From: a virus
Lineage: Duplodnaviria > Caudoviricetes
Virus record (IMG/VR): IMGVR_UViG_3300026512_000012
Coordinates: 1-63,403 of that record
Strand: one strand, 5' to 3'
DNA: 63,403 nt
The notes beneath the pieces were generated by a model that saw only the letters and a list, made by a program, of their open reading frames with translations, was not told where the DNA came from and ran no database searches. Positions within the stretch are counted from its first letter, which is position 1. Each line of letters begins with the position of its first letter. Below are positions 60,807 to 63,403 of the stretch, one piece after another. A program made the position numbers and the translations under genes.

Positions 60807-61214
60807 TTAATATTTAATACCATTATTAGCATTGTACATCATTTCTGCTAAAGCTGCATCACCTTGTGCATTCTGACTATCTTGTTTTCTATATCTTTCA
60901 TCTTCAGTATCATGTAATTTTCTAAATGCCATAGTGGTGTTCATATTTATCGGCCTACCTACTACATCTCCCACTGGTGTCATATCTAGTTCTCTACCAT
61001 CATTTCCTAACAGTCTTTCATACATACTTTTCACACCATGCTCGACACCTGCTTGAAATCCAGCTTTTGCTAATCCTAGATCTGCTTGCTGTTTACCAGC
61101 ATTCATTGCTTGTTGCAATGCTAAGTTTATATTGTGCTGTAATGTTTCATCTTTAGCTGCTTGGGCTATTCTAGCATTTTCATTATTTTTAGCCACTTCA
61201 CTTGTTATACTCAT
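60807..61214 (-). CDS. hypothetical protein
   Basis: ATGA overlap with the portal stop; AGGAG RBS. Confidence 0.72.
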   Translation of the reverse strand: MSITSEVAKNNENARIAQAAKDETLQHNINLALQQAMNAGKQQADLGLAKAGFQAGVEHGVKSMYERLLGNDGRELDMTPVGDVVGRPINMNTTMAFRKLHDTEDERYRKQDSQNAQGDAALAEMMYNANNGIKY

Positions 61215-63217
61215 CTCATTACTCCTATGTTTTTATCATCTGCCAGTTTCTGAAATGCCATCGATTCCATATTAGCCTTAGCAGCTTGTTCAGCTTTTTC
61301 TAGTTCCATCTGATGTTTTAATACCATCTCTTCCTGTTTTCTTTTAGTATCTACTTCTTCATCTGTTTTAACAAATTCTAAATCTAGTTTATCTTTCTCA
61401 CTCAGTATCTTTTCTTTATCTGCTAGTAATTTTTGAGTCTGTGCATCTTTATACCTAGCTTGTGCCATTTTCTCAGCTCTATCTGCATCATCTTCATGAC
61501 TAGCAGATTTTATAGCTTCAATCTCAGCTTGTAGCTTTTCAACCTGTAACTGTTTAATTTGTTGCTCTAATGGATCAGGTTCAGGTTTAAAGTTTTCTAA
61601 CTCTGCTTCTAAATCAGGCATTCTGTTTAGTTTTGCCATCTTTTTCATTAGCATTGTAACTAATTTTGGGTCACCTTTTGGTCCCATTGTTTGTAGTAAG
61701 AAACTTAACTCTTGTGCTTTACTATGATTATCCTCAGCTGTTCTTACTTCTATATCTATATCTATTCTACCTTCTAAATCATCTCTTCTTATTGTTACAA
61801 ATTGTTCATTAGTTACTCTAATAACTTCTTCATTACTTAGAAATTCACTATTATAAGCCATCCATTTTCTCATTAATGGTTTAATCAAATTCTCTGCAAT
61901 ATTTCTTACTATATCCATTCTTCTTACTGTTGTAGCATCAAGTACACCCCTTGTGGCAGTTGCACTACCACTTCCCAGACTATTACCACTGATACCCCTA
62001 CTGAAACTTTTAATTCCTGTTAAACTCTCAACTTCATTATTCATCATTTCTATCATATTAAATGCACTACCTGGTATTTGATTATAACTTCCTTGCCATA
62101 TCCCAGGTTGTGTCATATTATATTCAAAATTCTTACCTGCTAGGAATTTCTTTTTTTGTGTGCTATCTAATGCACCCTTCATTATTCCAGTCTGTCCATT
62201 AGTACTAGCAGCCATATTATTTATAATACCCCTAGTAACGGCTGTTATCACTTGCTGTTGGTCTGCTATTAAATCTAAATTGTTCTCACCGTGTATTTGA
62301 AATGGTATGCTACTAAATGGCACAACTAGAAATGGTGCTTTTTTATCTGGATATGGATTATCCTCTAATCTAATTACAATATCATCTACCCAGGCACATA
62401 CTATTTGTTCTACGATACCATCACCATTTACATCATAATTACCCCAATATTCATACACTACTATTTTCTTCCTAGGATCATCCTGAAATCTAAATTTTGT
62501 TTTATCCTCTTCTTCATAATCAGCATCATCTGCGGCATCCATCATATTTTTAGCCACTAGCTTTAAATTCTTATATCTACCATCAGCTCTTAATGTACTC
62601 AAATCTGTTTCATATCTATATATCACAAACTGTGCATTATCTAAATTATCCTGACATGTAGGATCTACAAATACATCTTCACTTCTACAGACGGTAGCTG
62701 TTGGTTGATTCTTTATAACTACAGTTTCTTCTACTATTTCAGTAGTTATAAACTCTTCACCATATTCATTTTGTTTAACTACTTCTACTTCTTTAGTTAC
62801 TTTTTTATCTTCATAGTCCCAACCTACCTGTACAAACAATGTAGCATCTACATCTAATACTTTTAATGCTTTAGTTATAAAGTTATATCTATCAAACTGC
62901 CTACAAAATTGATAGTTCAATAATGTTTCATTCTGTCTCGCAGGTTCTACATCTTCAACTGTTATTGGTGTACATTTTATTATTCTAGGAGTGCTAACAA
63001 ATGGATCTTTTAAACTGGCATGAGCCCATTCACTTTGTCTTTTAGCTACTTTCGGTACAATAGAGCTTTTATCTTTTTCTTCGTTACCATACTTATCGCC
63101 ATTATAAGTGTGTCTTCTTTGTTCTATCTTACTATCATTATCATTTTTTAAATCTTCAGCACTTTTTAAGTCAGCTTTTAAACTCTGTAATAGCGTTCTT
63201 TTATCAATTTTACCCAT
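61211..63217 (-). CDS. portal protein, N4 gp59-like
   Basis: KSSIVPKVAKRQSEW, ARQNETLLNYQF, DPTCQ, YEYWGNYD, IRLEDNPYPDKK, SLTGIKSFS. Confidence 0.92.
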   Translation of the reverse strand: MGKIDKRTLLQSLKADLKSAEDLKNDNDSKIEQRRHTYNGDKYGNEEKDKSSIVPKVAKRQSEWAHASLKDPFVSTPRIIKCTPITVEDVEPARQNETLLNYQFCRQFDRYNFITKALKVLDVDATLFVQVGWDYEDKKVTKEVEVVKQNEYGEEFITTEIVEETVVIKNQPTATVCRSEDVFVDPTCQDNLDNAQFVIYRYETDLSTLRADGRYKNLKLVAKNMMDAADDADYEEEDKTKFRFQDDPRKKIVVYEYWGNYDVNGDGIVEQIVCAWVDDIVIRLEDNPYPDKKAPFLVVPFSSIPFQIHGENNLDLIADQQQVITAVTRGIINNMAASTNGQTGIMKGALDSTQKKKFLAGKNFEYNMTQPGIWQGSYNQIPGSAFNMIEMMNNEVESLTGIKSFSRGISGNSLGSGSATATRGVLDATTVRRMDIVRNIAENLIKPLMRKWMAYNSEFLSNEEVIRVTNEQFVTIRRDDLEGRIDIDIEVRTAEDNHSKAQELSFLLQTMGPKGDPKLVTMLMKKMAKLNRMPDLEAELENFKPEPDPLEQQIKQLQVEKLQAEIEAIKSASHEDDADRAEKMAQARYKDAQTQKLLADKEKILSEKDKLDLEFVKTDEEVDTKRKQEEMVLKHQMELEKAEQAAKANMESMAFQKLADDKNIGVMR

Positions 63218-63242
63218 AAGATATCCTTAGTATTTCTGACTC

Positions 63243-63265
63243 ATTATATCATTAACTATTTTAAG
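63243..63265 (-). promoter_or_regulatory. putative late promoter CTTAA-N12-TATAAT upstream of the portal
   Basis: Minus strand aaaaCTTAAaatagttaaTGaTATAAT (extended -10). Confidence 0.68.
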
Positions 63266-63271
63266 TTTTAT

Positions 63272-63403
63272 TTAAACTCTGTCAAACCAGCCAACGAATT
63301 TTTCATTTGCTGGATGTGTTATATCTAAATTATAATACCTCATAAACTGTAAACCATTCAAGACTTTTAGTAGTCTTCGTTCTTTAACTTTATGAACTGC
63401 ATC
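63272..63403 (-). CDS. 3' end of a probable GH108-type endolysin (PG-binding C-terminus), truncated by the window edge
   Basis: Reads DAVHK...LNGLQFMRYYNL...EKFVGWFDRV*; matches the F..GWxxR terminal motif and the N4 lysin position. Confidence 0.7.
   Translation of the reverse strand, partial: DAVHKVKERRLLKVLNGLQFMRYYNLDITHPANEKFVGWFDRV

Noticed and set aside
1-63403. tRNA genes, integrase, terminase, RNAP II and vRNAP hairpin promoters
   Set aside because: None recognisable; the early and terminase regions presumably lie outside the window.

Overview
About 63 kb of an AT-rich lytic dsDNA phage genome with N4-like (Schitoviridae-type) architecture. The host is unknown; AAGGA RBSs and TATAAT promoters lacking TTGACA are compatible with Campylobacterota (inference only). 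The left arm (+ strand, 1-25009) is the replication/nucleotide-metabolism module: vWA protein, ATP-dependent ligase, RuvC-like resolvase, family A DNA polymerase, primase-like protein, intein-containing Dda/RecD-like helicase, MT-A70 methyltransferase, PD-(D/E)XK nuclease, Sak4-like ATPase, SSB, UvrD-like helicase, HU, DUF5664, class Ia RNR and a MazG-like enzyme. The right arm (- strand, 25006-63403) is the virion module: endolysin fragment, portal, major capsid, tail proteins, ejection proteins and a virion RNA polymerase. Two observations stand out. (1) The UvrD-like helicase has an in-frame TGA plus two extra codons inside Walker A, directly behind two strong tandem hairpins separated by an SD-like sequence, a candidate programmed ribosomal bypass/readthrough element. 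(2) The N4-type vRNAP locus appears split in three, with a ~2100-aa polyvalent cargo protein in the middle, and these nearly Cys-free proteins carry Cys at the facing termini (KGC-stop / M(A)KC), a candidate disulfide-linked ejection chain. All family calls are from motif recognition by eye, with no database searches.
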